A stretch of 64,000 nt of DNA from a virus (taxonomy: Duplodnaviria; Heunggongvirae; Uroviricota; Caudoviricetes). Every line of letters begins with the position of its first letter. The stretch's first letter is position 1. This document shows positions 18,011 to 27,073 of the stretch, piece by piece. The notes below the pieces were generated by a model that made no database searches, was not told where the DNA came from, and saw only the letters and a list, made by a program, of their open reading frames with translations. The DNA lies in the IMG/VR virus record IMGVR_UViG_3300046522_000750. One strand, 5' to 3'. The translations under genes and the position numbers were made by a program.

Positions 18011-18400
18011 TCACTTCGCCCTGCTGACGTAGACCATCATCGCAATGCATTGCCACAAGATGAAAACCATGTTCTCAGGGCCAACCCATTCGGACAAGAC
18101 TGATACGCTCAGGACTCTGATAAAGGCGAAGACGAAAAAAAGGCAGAAAATTCCGGCCACGCGTTGAAGCGGACAGGTTTTAAGGAACAGTACGAGGAAT
18201 GCGGTGTAGACCAGCAGGTCAATCAAAATCCCTTTGAAGTCTTTGCCTTCGACCATCAGTGCTACGACAGTCACCAGACTGCTGATGGCCGCGATGGTCA
18301 GCACGTTGTTTTTGCTGACGCTCTCCAGACCCTCGCCCTTGTGGCGAAAGGTCATGATGTTCAGGCCGTGCCATGCGATGGTTGAGAGGTAGTTCATCAT
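18011..18400 (-). CDS. Membrane protein (about 4 TM)
   Basis: Hydrophobic segments; RBS AGGA. Confidence 0.65.
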   Translation of the reverse strand: MMNYLSTIAWHGLNIMTFRHKGEGLESVSKNNVLTIAAISSLVTVVALMVEGKDFKGILIDLLVYTAFLVLFLKTCPLQRVAGIFCLFFVFAFIRVLSVSVLSEWVGPENMVFILWQCIAMMVYVSRAK

Positions 18401-18406
18401 AAAGTC

Positions 18407-18661
18407 CTAAGCACAAAGCCGGACTGGTGAAGCCAGGTCGCGGCGGTCATCTATTGAGTAGGTATTGTCGACGGTTACCCTGCGAAGCTCAAGCTCTTTG
18501 CGGATAACGCTGATGTCATCAGTATTGAAATAATACGGCTTTTTGCTGCCCGATACATGCGCAATGGCCAGGATATAACCACGGCTGCTGCCTCGGATCT
18601 CAATTGTTGAGAGAATATTCACACATGATCCTTGTTTATCAAGGCGGCGCATTTTACACAT
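18407..18661 (-). CDS. Hypothetical protein
   Basis: Start uncertain (GTG near 18622 has RBS AAGGA). Confidence 0.5.
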   Translation of the reverse strand: MCKMRRLDKQGSCVNILSTIEIRGSSRGYILAIAHVSGSKKPYYFNTDDISVIRKELELRRVTVDNTYSIDDRRDLASPVRLCA

Positions 18662-18690
18662 ATATAAACAAAGGTCAATTAACTAGATAT

Positions 18691-18722
18691 AAAAAAAGCC
18701 CCTATGTTTTACCATAGGGGCT
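18691..18722 (-). terminator. Intrinsic terminator of the tRNA operon
   Basis: AGCCCCTATG/CATAGGGGCT hairpin plus T7 on the minus strand. Confidence 0.8.
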
Positions 18723-18816
18723 CGAAAGGTATATCAGGGAGGGTTACAGCAGTCAGCAAGCATCAAACAACATCACTACATCACACGGCACAACAATTAT
18801 GTCAATACATCGAAAA

Positions 18817-18893
<77 letters not shown>

Positions 18894-18906
18894 AGTTATG
18901 TCAATA

Positions 18907-19014
18907 TGGTGCAGAAAGGGGAGAGTTGAACTGCCCGACCTCTTACTAAATTCGCCAAGCTGGGGGAGTCAGGGCAAATTCAGACAAGCGCTCTAAACAC
19001 TGAGCTATTTCCGC
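18907..19014 (-). ncRNA. tRNA-like RNA with a 30-nt insert in the anticodon arm
   Basis: Acceptor GCGGAAA/TTTCTGC-ACCA, D arm GCTC/GAGC, T loop TTCAACT; anticodon arm extended into a long hairpin; 108 nt. Confidence 0.75.
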
Positions 19015-19030
19015 ATAAAACCTTTGAATC

Positions 19031-19104
<74 letters not shown>

Positions 19105-19109
19105 GAAAC

Positions 19110-19185
19110 TGGTATTGCTAACATACGTGAGCCACAGAAGTGGAATTGAACCCCTTCTCCGCCCCAACTGAGGCTCACGTATGCA
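19110..19185 (-). ncRNA. Anticodon-less tRNA-like RNA (T-loop and D-loop motifs on a 12-bp stem)
   Basis: CATACGTGAGCC/GGCTCACGTATG stem enclosing TCAGTTGG and GGTTCAATTCC; ACCA at the 3' end. Confidence 0.55.
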
Positions 19186-19215
19186 CACTGCTTACGGACA
19201 GTGAATCGTTTTAAT

Positions 19216-19292
19216 TGGCGCTCCCGGCAGGACTCGAACCTGCGACCATCCGCTTAGAAGGCGGATGCTCTATCCAGCTGAGCTACGGAAAC
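19216..19292 (-). tRNA. tRNA-Arg (TCT)
   Basis: GTTTCCG...TCCGC-CT-TCT-AA-GCGGA...GGTTCGAGTCC...GCCA. Confidence 0.95.
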
Positions 19293-19332
19293 GCTGAACA
19301 ACTATGTTGGGCGTCTCGTCCAACTGAAATCA

Positions 19333-19361
19333 AGTCTACGGACGCCCTGACAATTTGTCAA
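19333..19361 (-). promoter_or_regulatory. Sigma70 promoter of the tRNA operon
   Basis: TTGACA-17 bp-TAGACT on the minus strand; TGACA-N3-TGTCA palindrome over the -35. Confidence 0.7.
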
Positions 19362-19374
19362 TACAGCATAAAAA

Positions 19375-19581
19375 TTATTTCTGACTTTCTTTCTCGGCCA
19401 GCACGCGAATCCTGGTAACCAGGTCGACCTGCTCCTGGCTCAACTGCTTGGGAATCTTGCTCGGATAGCAGTTCTTGAAGTCTTGAGCAGACAACTGAGC
19501 GTTGTTCGTCTCGATGGTGTTGGCCCAGGACTTCAGCGCGTGGGTGATCATCGACTTATCATCGGGAAACAGGCCGGACAT
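19375..19581 (-). CDS. Hypothetical protein
   Basis: RBS GGAG. Confidence 0.6.
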   Translation of the reverse strand: MSGLFPDDKSMITHALKSWANTIETNNAQLSAQDFKNCYPSKIPKQLSQEQVDLVTRIRVLAEKESQK

Positions 19582-19714
19582 GTGGTTTCTCCATCATGGG
19601 GACTATGGGCCTGGCTACAGGCCCTTTGCGAGTACTTGAGTGCGCGTCGTATGCTTAGCGAGAGCGTTTGGCCGGCATGATCCTAGCTGGACTGACGTCC
19701 AAAGGTACGATCCC

Positions 19715-20149
19715 CTACTTCAGGCCAATCCGATCAATCACCGCCTCCCAGCCTGGCCAATCGATGGTTCCGTACTCCCCTGTGGCGACGTATTTCTCTT
19801 CCCACTCAGCCAGATCCTCCCGCTCTTCATCGTTGATCATGAGGGCGGCTTTGATGATGCGGCGGTCGGGCATCGGAAGATCTTCTTTAGGCTGCCTTAT
19901 CCGTGGGCTTGTCAGGCTCAGCTTAGGTTCATTCAGGCTCTTGTTGTAGCGCGATTCGAACGGTTCGTAATTCAGTCGGTTCACGATTGCCAAATTGCGA
20001 GCATGGGCGATAGCTTCTTCTGGAGTCGTGAAGTTTTCTTCGTCGACTACGCTCCATTCGTCGCGCTCGTAGGAGACACAGTGTTGCAGATCGATGACGG
20101 TCAATGTTGTTTTGGCGCTGAAGGCCACAAAATAAAAGGTATTGCTCAC
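19715..20149 (-). CDS. Hypothetical protein
   Basis: GTG start with RBS AAGGAG (alternative ATG at 20185). Confidence 0.6.
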   Translation of the reverse strand: MSNTFYFVAFSAKTTLTVIDLQHCVSYERDEWSVVDEENFTTPEEAIAHARNLAIVNRLNYEPFESRYNKSLNEPKLSLTSPRIRQPKEDLPMPDRRIIKAALMINDEEREDLAEWEEKYVATGEYGTIDWPGWEAVIDRIGLK

Positions 20150-20185
20150 GGGTATCTCCTTTAAGCCTTTCGGTCGTCGTGACAT

Positions 20186-20419
20186 TCAGGCCGCGTGGTT
20201 GATCATAGGCTTTACGCGAGCCCACATCCAGCCCATCAACTCGCCGCAGTTCACACGCGCTTCAACGCGATTGTCACCGGCGTAGTCGCAGACGACTTGC
20301 CACGAATCCTCGGTTTGAAAGCAATGGCCGATAGACTCCACTGGGCCGAACATCCTGGCGGCCAGGAAGCAGCTTTCGTCGCTGAAGTATTGTTTGAGCA
20401 GGTCTTTGAATTCGTCCAT
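20186..20419 (-). CDS. Hypothetical protein
   Basis: RBS AGGGGA. Confidence 0.6.
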   Translation of the reverse strand: MDEFKDLLKQYFSDESCFLAARMFGPVESIGHCFQTEDSWQVVCDYAGDNRVEARVNCGELMGWMWARVKPMINHAA

Positions 20420-20431
20420 CAGATCGATCCC

Positions 20432-20716
20432 CTACTGCGCCGAATTGAGCTTCTGAAAAGCCTTGTAGTATGCGTCAGCCTGGGCCTTGGCTTCTTCCAT
20501 GGTTGCGCATGGTTCATCGCAAGTGTTCTTGCCAAGCCCGTACCAGTACCAACCGGTCTTTCGATCCCAAAACGCTTGGATAACAGCAACAGAGATAATG
20601 AGCTTATCGCCTTCGCGCAGCTGCATGCCTCGAGGCCCTTGACCCATTCCGGCCAAGCCTGTGGCCTTCGGCTGTTTGCGCCACCGTGCGGTGACTTTGG
20701 GTTTCTGTTCAGACAT
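20432..20716 (-). CDS. Hypothetical protein
   Basis: RBS GAGGA; directly after a GTAT-N9-ATAC promoter. Confidence 0.7.
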   Translation of the reverse strand: MSEQKPKVTARWRKQPKATGLAGMGQGPRGMQLREGDKLIISVAVIQAFWDRKTGWYWYGLGKNTCDEPCATMEEAKAQADAYYKAFQKLNSAQ

Positions 20717-20739
20717 CTCGAATTCCTCTGCATTGAACG

Positions 20740-20756
20740 GTATGTTTGCAGTATAC
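20740..20756. promoter_or_regulatory. GTAT-N9-ATAC operator box
   Basis: GTATgtttgcagtATAC; TATACT -10 on the minus strand. Confidence 0.75.
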
Positions 20757-21202
20757 CGTAAATTGAGGCTCATGCCAAACAAATAAACCCATTGGCAGAC
20801 TGCTTAGGTGGGAAAACCGTATACATTTCCCCTCGCCACAAGCAGGCGGCTCACTCACGCGCTTCATTTCAAGCCTTTTGAAAGCAGAAGGCCCGCACAT
20901 GGCGGGCCGTCAAGCGTATACATTCACATGCATTTTTACATGCAAATGAGAATCATTGACAAGCTTCGCAGTCAGGATTCTCCAATGAGCATGCCAACGG
21001 CACGCCTTGGGCTTCAACGTCGAGCAGGAAGTCATCGCCTTCCTGATCTTCTACTGCTGGCTCATCCCAGCTCATTACGGGTGCTGCTGCTTTCTCTGAC
21101 ATGGTGATTTCCTCTGAAATATCGCTGCAAGAATTACATGATAAGGGCTGCGTCGACGTCGATGCAAGCTTGTCAATTTGCAGTTAAGTGTTGACATTAT
21201 GA

Positions 21203-21219
21203 GTATAGCATAAACATAC
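21203..21219. promoter_or_regulatory. GTAT-N9-ATAC operator box
   Basis: GTATagcataaacATAC. Confidence 0.7.
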
Positions 21220-21309
21220 TGTTGACTGAAATTTGTAGCAGGGAAAGGGATCAACCCCAACAAATCAAGCCTGGCTCAGTCAGCATTTTACATTTGGGAG
21301 GGTCATACA

Positions 21310-21816
21310 GTGCCCGCAGAAGTCACCACCGTCACATTGCTCAATGGCGAGATCAGCCACTGGAGCATCAGTCGCAACCTCGGGAGCCTATATCGCCCAG
21401 TCAATAAGCAGGCTGATGATCAGGAGGCAGTCAACTTACTACAGGGTGATCCAGAGCTTCAGGATCGCCTGATCTCTATGATTTGGCCGGAGGTCAACGA
21501 TTTAGCCTCGATAGCTCGTAAGGACGCAAGATTTGGAATTCTGTTTGAGCGCCGCTTCAATTGCGCCGAGGCAGCCTTGCAGACTGGCCATCACGTGGCG
21601 CCGCGAATGAGGGTTGAACAGCGGATTTTGGCAGATATTGCCAGCGAGCTTCGCCGCAACCCCAAGCTTGAAATGGTAGATCTTGCCATTGCCGATCCTG
21701 AACATGTCAAAAACTCCATGGTCGGCCTTTGGGCATTTGTCCCGGTCGACGTAATGCACGCCAATGACTGGGATTTTCACTTTCTGGATGATGTCATCGC
21801 CCTGCTGGTCGAATAA
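21310..21816 (+). CDS. Hypothetical protein, paralogue of 56960..57508 and 58554..59096
   Basis: Shared W.IS..L, RKD..FG.LFE and WAF.P motifs; RBS GGAGG. Confidence 0.7.
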   Translation: MPAEVTTVTLLNGEISHWSISRNLGSLYRPVNKQADDQEAVNLLQGDPELQDRLISMIWPEVNDLASIARKDARFGILFERRFNCAEAALQTGHHVAPRMRVEQRILADIASELRRNPKLEMVDLAIADPEHVKNSMVGLWAFVPVDVMHANDWDFHFLDDVIALLVE

Positions 21817-21829
21817 ACATTTTGCGTAC

Positions 21830-21863
21830 AAAAGCCACCGCGCCCTTGCTGTGGCTTTTTTTT
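21830..21863 (+). terminator. Intrinsic terminator
   Basis: AAAGCCAC...GTGGCTTTTTTTT. Confidence 0.7.
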
Positions 21864-21908
21864 CGACCCAAGGAAAGTGATGTGAGATTGCACAATTTGC
21901 ACAAAAGG

Positions 21909-21925
21909 GTATACTCGTAGAATAC
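21909..21925. promoter_or_regulatory. GTAT-N9-ATAC operator box
   Basis: GTATactcgtagaATAC. Confidence 0.75.
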
Positions 21926-21951
21926 CAATTGAAGGATTCAGGGAGCCTACC

Positions 21952-22290
21952 ATGCTGATTGCCACCGACTACACGATCTTGCGAGGCGTTATCCCAGGCA
22001 AAGGCAATATCGCCCTTGAGCGTGAGCCCATTCGCCTTGGGACGCTGGTCAATGAGGCCCTGTTCGAGTCGAGCGGCCATGAGATTCTTCAATTTCGCAC
22101 GGTCTTGCTTGAAGAGCGCATGCACGACTGGGACTGGTCTCACGGGCAGCTTCGTTATCACACAGGTAGCCGTGATGCCTGTGACGTCCTGCTGGTGTTT
22201 GCCGAGAAAGAAGTCCTGTTCTGCACCCAGTGCGGAGCGAAAAAAGATGACGCTACCCTTGATCCATGTGAGGCCTGCAAAAAGGTTTAG
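21952..22290 (+). CDS. Hypothetical protein with C-terminal Zn ribbon
   Basis: CTQC...CEAC; RBS GGGAG. Confidence 0.7.
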   Translation: MLIATDYTILRGVIPGKGNIALEREPIRLGTLVNEALFESSGHEILQFRTVLLEERMHDWDWSHGQLRYHTGSRDACDVLLVFAEKEVLFCTQCGAKKDDATLDPCEACKKV

Positions 22291-22317
22291 TTGCCGCTAA
22301 TTAGTGCTTGTTTAACG

Positions 22318-22334
22318 GTATATTTGTAGTATAC
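22318..22334. promoter_or_regulatory. GTAT-N9-ATAC operator box
   Basis: GTATatttgtagtATAC. Confidence 0.75.
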
Positions 22335-22368
22335 TGCAAATACACCACAAACAAGCCTAGAGGCAGCC

Positions 22369-22869
22369 ATGTCAAAGACGACCTTTTTCCCGAACCTGCG
22401 CATTGCCAGAGACCTGAAAATTTCCCTCAAGAAAGAAAAGGTCGAAGGTGGCTACTCCTGCAGCTACAAGTACAGCGTTCGTTTTGACGGTCGTCTTCTG
22501 GGCAACATCAGCCAAGACCTGCCGTCCACTGGCGTCCAAACCAGCATTTCCCTTGAAGACTGCCAAGTACTGGTGGATGCTCTGAAGGCAAAAGGCGCTT
22601 CGCCAGAAGCCATGGCCGAGTTTCATTTCCTGCCCGCCGATGCCATGGTCTCTGGCCTGCTCAGCACCATCCTTGGCGAGGAAGAATCGCTGCAGAAAAT
22701 GAAGCGTCGGGCAAAAACCAAGATTCTGTGGGTCACCCATGACGCCAAGCCCGGCGATTTCATGGAAATGAAGCATCTTTTTTCTGAATACGGAAAGCGG
22801 TCGATCATTGCCGCTTATCCCGAGAATACTATCGCCTTCTTCATTAACGATGATATTGCCGATCTTTGA
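22369..22869 (+). CDS. Hypothetical protein (probable paralogue of 22938..23441)
   Basis: RBS GAGG; C-terminal FFINDDI vs YFVNEDI. Confidence 0.7.
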   Translation: MSKTTFFPNLRIARDLKISLKKEKVEGGYSCSYKYSVRFDGRLLGNISQDLPSTGVQTSISLEDCQVLVDALKAKGASPEAMAEFHFLPADAMVSGLLSTILGEEESLQKMKRRAKTKILWVTHDAKPGDFMEMKHLFSEYGKRSIIAAYPENTIAFFINDDIADL

Positions 22870-22937
22870 TTGGCCGCACCTAACCCTGCCTGATACTGCC
22901 GATTTTTGATCGGCAGTTCTGACTCAAGGAAGACGAC

Positions 22938-23441
22938 ATGAATACCATGTTCCCTGCGTTGCGCGCTGCCAAAGCCATTGATCTGGTGCTGAAGAACGTT
23001 GTAGTCACTGACACCAACAATGTTCAGCACATGTCTTGTGATATTTACCTTGCCGGCAGCAAGCTGGGCAGCTTTGTTGACCATGGCAATGGCGGTTGCG
23101 GCCATTTCTCGGTCATTCGCAGCGATGCCGAAATCCTCTATGCGCAGATGCGCAAAGCCAACTTGCCTGTTTTGCCCAACGATAAAGCCGAGGCCATGAT
23201 GATTGGGCCTTACGCCGAATCGGCCCTGATCAACCTGATTTGCGAAACGTCCATGCTTAAGACGTTCAAGAAATACTGCAAGAAGCATACGGTCATCGTG
23301 TTCAAGGACACCATGCAGGGTGAGTACTCGAAATACCCGCACCCCTTCACAAGCGAGAATCGCAGCGCGGCGGTAGCCAAGCTTGGCAGTCGCATTGCGT
23401 ACTTCGTCAATGAAGACATCACGAGCCTTGAAGCCGCCTAA
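22938..23441 (+). CDS. Hypothetical protein
   Basis: RBS AAGGA; DHGNGG motif. Confidence 0.7.
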   Translation: MNTMFPALRAAKAIDLVLKNVVVTDTNNVQHMSCDIYLAGSKLGSFVDHGNGGCGHFSVIRSDAEILYAQMRKANLPVLPNDKAEAMMIGPYAESALINLICETSMLKTFKKYCKKHTVIVFKDTMQGEYSKYPHPFTSENRSAAVAKLGSRIAYFVNEDITSLEAA

Positions 23442-23492
23442 ATGGCCTGGGGCCTTCGGGCTCCCTTCCCACTCCTTACCAGGTAGACCCTC

Positions 23493-24050
23493 ATGCCCGT
23501 CACTGATGATCTCGCGCTGAATCGCTTGTTCGCCCTGCCCTACTGGGAACAGAAAAAGCTGTTTGCGGAGTACAAATGCACAATCAGCTTCGACACGCTC
23601 GAACAGATGGTTGCCCACGTGGCAGCGGCTGGCATTCCACTGCACGGTTTTGACAATAGTCGACTGCCAGTTTCAGAGATCATCACTGGCAATTGCCTTG
23701 TGATGCGCTCAGCGCCCAATTTCATCTTTAAGCAAGAAAAGTTCCTGTCCTATGTAATCTGCCCGTCAGGCAAGCCTTGTTTGCTGAGATTGGGCACGAT
23801 CCATGCTGGCAGCGTCGATGAGGCGATTGCCTGGCTGTCGAGTCCTGAATTTGCCGAAAATAAATCTCAGATCATCGCTGAAAACGATGCCGAACTTCAT
23901 GAGCATGACTATGAGGCTACAGTACGGATTGCTGGGGGCAATGAGTCTGACCCCACTGTTGCCATGCACAAGCGGTTCTTTGCTGGCTTTCTACCTTGGG
24001 AGCGATCCCGGCCACAATCTGTGCTGTTCGGTGAAGAAAACCCGGACTGA
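23493..24050 (+). CDS. Hypothetical protein
   Basis: 185-aa ORF; RBS AGGT. Confidence 0.65.
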   Translation: MPVTDDLALNRLFALPYWEQKKLFAEYKCTISFDTLEQMVAHVAAAGIPLHGFDNSRLPVSEIITGNCLVMRSAPNFIFKQEKFLSYVICPSGKPCLLRLGTIHAGSVDEAIAWLSSPEFAENKSQIIAENDAELHEHDYEATVRIAGGNESDPTVAMHKRFFAGFLPWERSRPQSVLFGEENPD

Positions 24051-24107
24051 CTTTGCGAATTACCGAAAATTGGCCAGACCAGAACTTGTCAATTAGCATC
24101 TAATCCG

Positions 24108-24124
24108 GTATGCTGCCGGAATAC
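24108..24124. promoter_or_regulatory. GTAT-N9-ATAC operator box
   Basis: GTATgctgccggaATAC; TTGTCA-17-TATGCT. Confidence 0.75.
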
Positions 24125-24149
24125 CATAACAAGTGGCAGTGAGGCCCTT

Positions 24150-24575
24150 ATGAGCGCATTTACCCAGCGAGTTCCGTTAACCGGTGAGCCGGTTGAGTTC
24201 GAGACAGTTCACCTCATGGGTGCCCCCCTGGACTGGGCGATGTCTGTTGCCTTGAAAGTGCCTGTCACGGTTTCTGTGAGTGGTCAGTGCTGGCTGGCTG
24301 AGAAGCCCAAGCAAATGTACTCCCCTCACTCGAGATTTCGCCAAGGCGCCGAATTGCTAGACCGCTTTAACGTGCAGTTGACCACGGGTGCAACCACTGG
24401 CGGTCGTGTGGCACAGATCGATGACTTCTTCTGCTGCGGCCCCGACATGCTGATCGCGACTTGTCGCGTCATTGTCATGAAGCTGCTCGGCCCCAAGGTG
24501 ATGATCCCCTATGATCTAGCCCAGGCTTTCCTGATCCGCGAGCTTGAACGCACTGTCGTCAGCGAGGTGGCTTGA
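24150..24575 (+). CDS. NinX/DUF2591-like phage-type protein
   Basis: L.G..LDWA...YSP....QG..L...GP..LIA.CR pattern. Confidence 0.65.
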   Translation: MSAFTQRVPLTGEPVEFETVHLMGAPLDWAMSVALKVPVTVSVSGQCWLAEKPKQMYSPHSRFRQGAELLDRFNVQLTTGATTGGRVAQIDDFFCCGPDMLIATCRVIVMKLLGPKVMIPYDLAQAFLIRELERTVVSEVA

Positions 24576-24577
24576 TC

Positions 24578-25012
24578 ATGGGCGAAATGAGGCTCACGCC
24601 AGAACAAATTCACGACCAATTGGTTGGAAACAGCCAGGCGCTGGTTGATCTGCTCAAGCAGCAGATCCAGGAGAAGCAAGCGCTTCTGGCCCGAGTGGCC
24701 GAACTGGAAGTCATGGTTGGATTGCCAGTCAGCGAAGAACCTTCGCAGCACGTGGGAGTGCACGCCTCCAGGCACCGGAACAATCCACTGGAAGCCACCA
24801 TGAGTCATTGGTGGGCTGAAAAACAAGAGCGGGGCCATCTGCTCAGTTATTTGCTCGGTACGGGGAATCAGCAAGCCTTTGTCACTCAGCGTGACGCCAC
24901 GGTCGCTGCGACCTTGATCCAGTGGCTCGCCTCAGACGCCGGCCAGAACTTCCTGTGCGACGTTCACCGGCTGACACAAGGTCAATTCCTTAAAGAGTTA
25001 GTTATCGATTAA
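24578..25012 (+). CDS. Hypothetical protein
   Basis: RBS GAGG; coiled coil plus AATLIQWL. Confidence 0.65.
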   Translation: MGEMRLTPEQIHDQLVGNSQALVDLLKQQIQEKQALLARVAELEVMVGLPVSEEPSQHVGVHASRHRNNPLEATMSHWWAEKQERGHLLSYLLGTGNQQAFVTQRDATVAATLIQWLASDAGQNFLCDVHRLTQGQFLKELVID

Positions 25013-25059
25013 TTCTTTGTCAATTTATCACTAAGCACTTGCAACTAAGCTTGTTTTCG

Positions 25060-25076
25060 GTATACTGCAAATATAC
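25060..25076. promoter_or_regulatory. GTAT-N9-ATAC operator box
   Basis: GTATactgcaaatATAC. Confidence 0.75.
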
Positions 25077-25281
25077 CGGAAGCGAGCTGCTGTGCGTAGA
25101 TCCTTCCTCTCCTCTACTGCTCCACTGCATACGAGATTTCCGCATGATGCGCTTTCTCTTCATTACCCAGACCTGCGGCACCAAGATGATCATGGCCGAT
25201 GACATCAACCATGCTTGGGACAAATTTGAAACCTGCGGCTTTCTGCGCAGTGAATGCCTGACCGTTTCCGAGGATTGATCG

Positions 25282-25695
25282 ATGAACATCTTGAAACGCG
25301 TTGTCGCTGCCGCAGCCTGCACAGGATTCTTTGCCTACGGTGCCTTGCTGTGCACCATCGCTTACAGCGGGTACAGCATGTGGATGCTGCTGTTGGGTAT
25401 GGCGGCACTTGCAGCCTTCTGTTTGTCGCTGTTGATTGGCCCATTGTTGCGCGACTTGACGGCCAGCATCAGGCATAAGCTGTTCCACCTCGTTGCCGTA
25501 CAACGCGTTCGCCTTAAGATCATCGGCAACATCGTGACCTTTCTGCTGCTTTTCGGAGCGGCCTATGGCTTTATCTGGTTCGGCTCCGAGTACGCCGGTG
25601 CGATTGAATCGTGGATTTCGACGGCAAGCATTGCGGTCGGCACGCTCTTCGCTGTGACTGCCTTCCTGCATCAGCCATGGAACGTCAAAGCATGA
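25282..25695 (+). CDS. Membrane protein (4 TM)
   Basis: Hydrophobic helices; RBS GAGGA. Confidence 0.7.
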   Translation: MNILKRVVAAAACTGFFAYGALLCTIAYSGYSMWMLLLGMAALAAFCLSLLIGPLLRDLTASIRHKLFHLVAVQRVRLKIIGNIVTFLLLFGAAYGFIWFGSEYAGAIESWISTASIAVGTLFAVTAFLHQPWNVKA

Positions 25696-26501
25696 GCAAG
25701 CTGATCGCGATGTCCCACAGTGACCTGTTCAAGGCTGCCAAGGGGCTGGATGTCGACGCGCTGGCTGAAGACCTGCGCACGGCACCTTGGCCTGAAGTGG
25801 ATAAGCCTGTGGTGCCGTCCGGTGAATTACAGATCAACTGCGGCAAGCTGCGGGTAATGGATGCGTCCTACCCCCTCGACCCTGAGTTAGATGGGCAAAG
25901 CGCCCATACCCTGACCAACGTCAAGAACGGCAAGTGGCTGGCCGGTGCGTTGACCGCGCATGACGCATCCGACATCAAGCGATTCCAGTATTGGCACAAC
26001 CAGCGCATTGACCGCTTGGTGAGCAATCACAAAGAACGCGAGCGCGATGACGATGATGTCTACTACGTGATGAATGATCTGAGCGAGGTGGTCACCTCGT
26101 ACAAGCGAGCTACAAGTCTGGGTGGTGTTGTGCACTTCCTGCACATCCAGCATGAAGACCTTAACGACCCGGTGAGTGAATGTCTTGACGGCCTTGAACT
26201 CGTTCCCGGTCAGATCGAGATTGAGCGTGGGATCGCTGGTTTCTTTGATCTGGAATGGATCACTGCTCAGCACCCAGCAGACGATAAAAACGACGAGCGC
26301 TTCGTGCATGAAGGCTGGAAGGCGTACTATCAACGCATGTGCGACCTTACCCCAGAAGCAACACTGTTTGGCACTGCCGAGCATGTGGCGGTCGCTTACG
26401 GACGCAATGGTGGCCCGCAGTGCTACATCAAACGTGATGCAGCCGGCCAGATCATCGCGGCCCGTCTTGTGTTCATCCAACCAGAATATTTGAGAGTTTA
26501 G
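25692..26501 (+). CDS. DUF4241-like hypothetical protein
   Basis: G.L.V.D...G.AGFFD...YG..GG..CY..RD..GQIIA pattern; ATGA overlap. Confidence 0.6.
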   Translation: MSKLIAMSHSDLFKAAKGLDVDALAEDLRTAPWPEVDKPVVPSGELQINCGKLRVMDASYPLDPELDGQSAHTLTNVKNGKWLAGALTAHDASDIKRFQYWHNQRIDRLVSNHKERERDDDDVYYVMNDLSEVVTSYKRATSLGGVVHFLHIQHEDLNDPVSECLDGLELVPGQIEIERGIAGFFDLEWITAQHPADDKNDERFVHEGWKAYYQRMCDLTPEATLFGTAEHVAVAYGRNGGPQCYIKRDAAGQIIAARLVFIQPEYLRV

Positions 26502-26512
26502 GGAGAGGCACC

Positions 26513-26857
26513 ATGGCACTGAAAACGACCGGTAAAGAACTGAAGGCGTTCCTGGCTGACGATTCGATCTGGCCTGACGCTTCTGATAACAATGTCTTTC
26601 ACGAAGAAGTCACCTTGATGGTCGGTGGTGTCGAGCGTGATTCTGACTACTTGTCAAATATTAATGACGATGAAGCCGTCACCATCACCGGTGGCTATGT
26701 CTCTTCGGTTGGTTTGACCGAGGTCGACTGTACTTTCGAGGCCTATCTGAAGAAATGGCGCAAGCAGCAGAACACTGTGTACCTGTCGGTGAGCGTGCCG
26801 AAGGACAAGGCTGAGGCCGTTAAGGCGGCGATCAAGGCCGCTGGTGGGTCGTGCTGA
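26513..26857 (+). CDS. Hypothetical protein
   Basis: RBS GAGG. Confidence 0.7.
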   Translation: MALKTTGKELKAFLADDSIWPDASDNNVFHEEVTLMVGGVERDSDYLSNINDDEAVTITGGYVSSVGLTEVDCTFEAYLKKWRKQQNTVYLSVSVPKDKAEAVKAAIKAAGGSC

Positions 26858-27072
26858 TGGTTCGGAGTATTCTGCCTCCGTGGATCTCCACCAAGAAGCG
26901 TCCCCCAAAGGGTGAAGAGTTCATCTTCATGGACGAAAATGGTGGGTATCACCTGGCCAAGTACAACGGCCAATACGTGTGCCCGGTGATCTACGGTAAT
27001 GCGCCGAACGTAGAGCGCAACCTCAGTGAATTCGTGTGTTACACACCCATCATCGCACCACAGGTTGCCTAA
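26857..27072 (+). CDS. Hypothetical protein (DUF551-like WIS..RPP start)
   Basis: TGATG overlap. Confidence 0.55.
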   Translation: MVRSILPPWISTKKRPPKGEEFIFMDENGGYHLAKYNGQYVCPVIYGNAPNVERNLSEFVCYTPIIAPQVA

Positions 27073-27073
27073 A

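Noticed and set aside
19215-19418. 67-aa ORF MALPAGLEPAT
   Set aside because: It is the antisense reading of tRNA-Arg(TCT).
20942-20960. Fur-box-like sequence GCAAATGAGAATCATTGAC (14/19 match)
   Set aside because: It is a single AT-rich hit with no iron-related gene or recognisable PrrF-like RNA downstream. The following sequence looks like a degraded small ORF.
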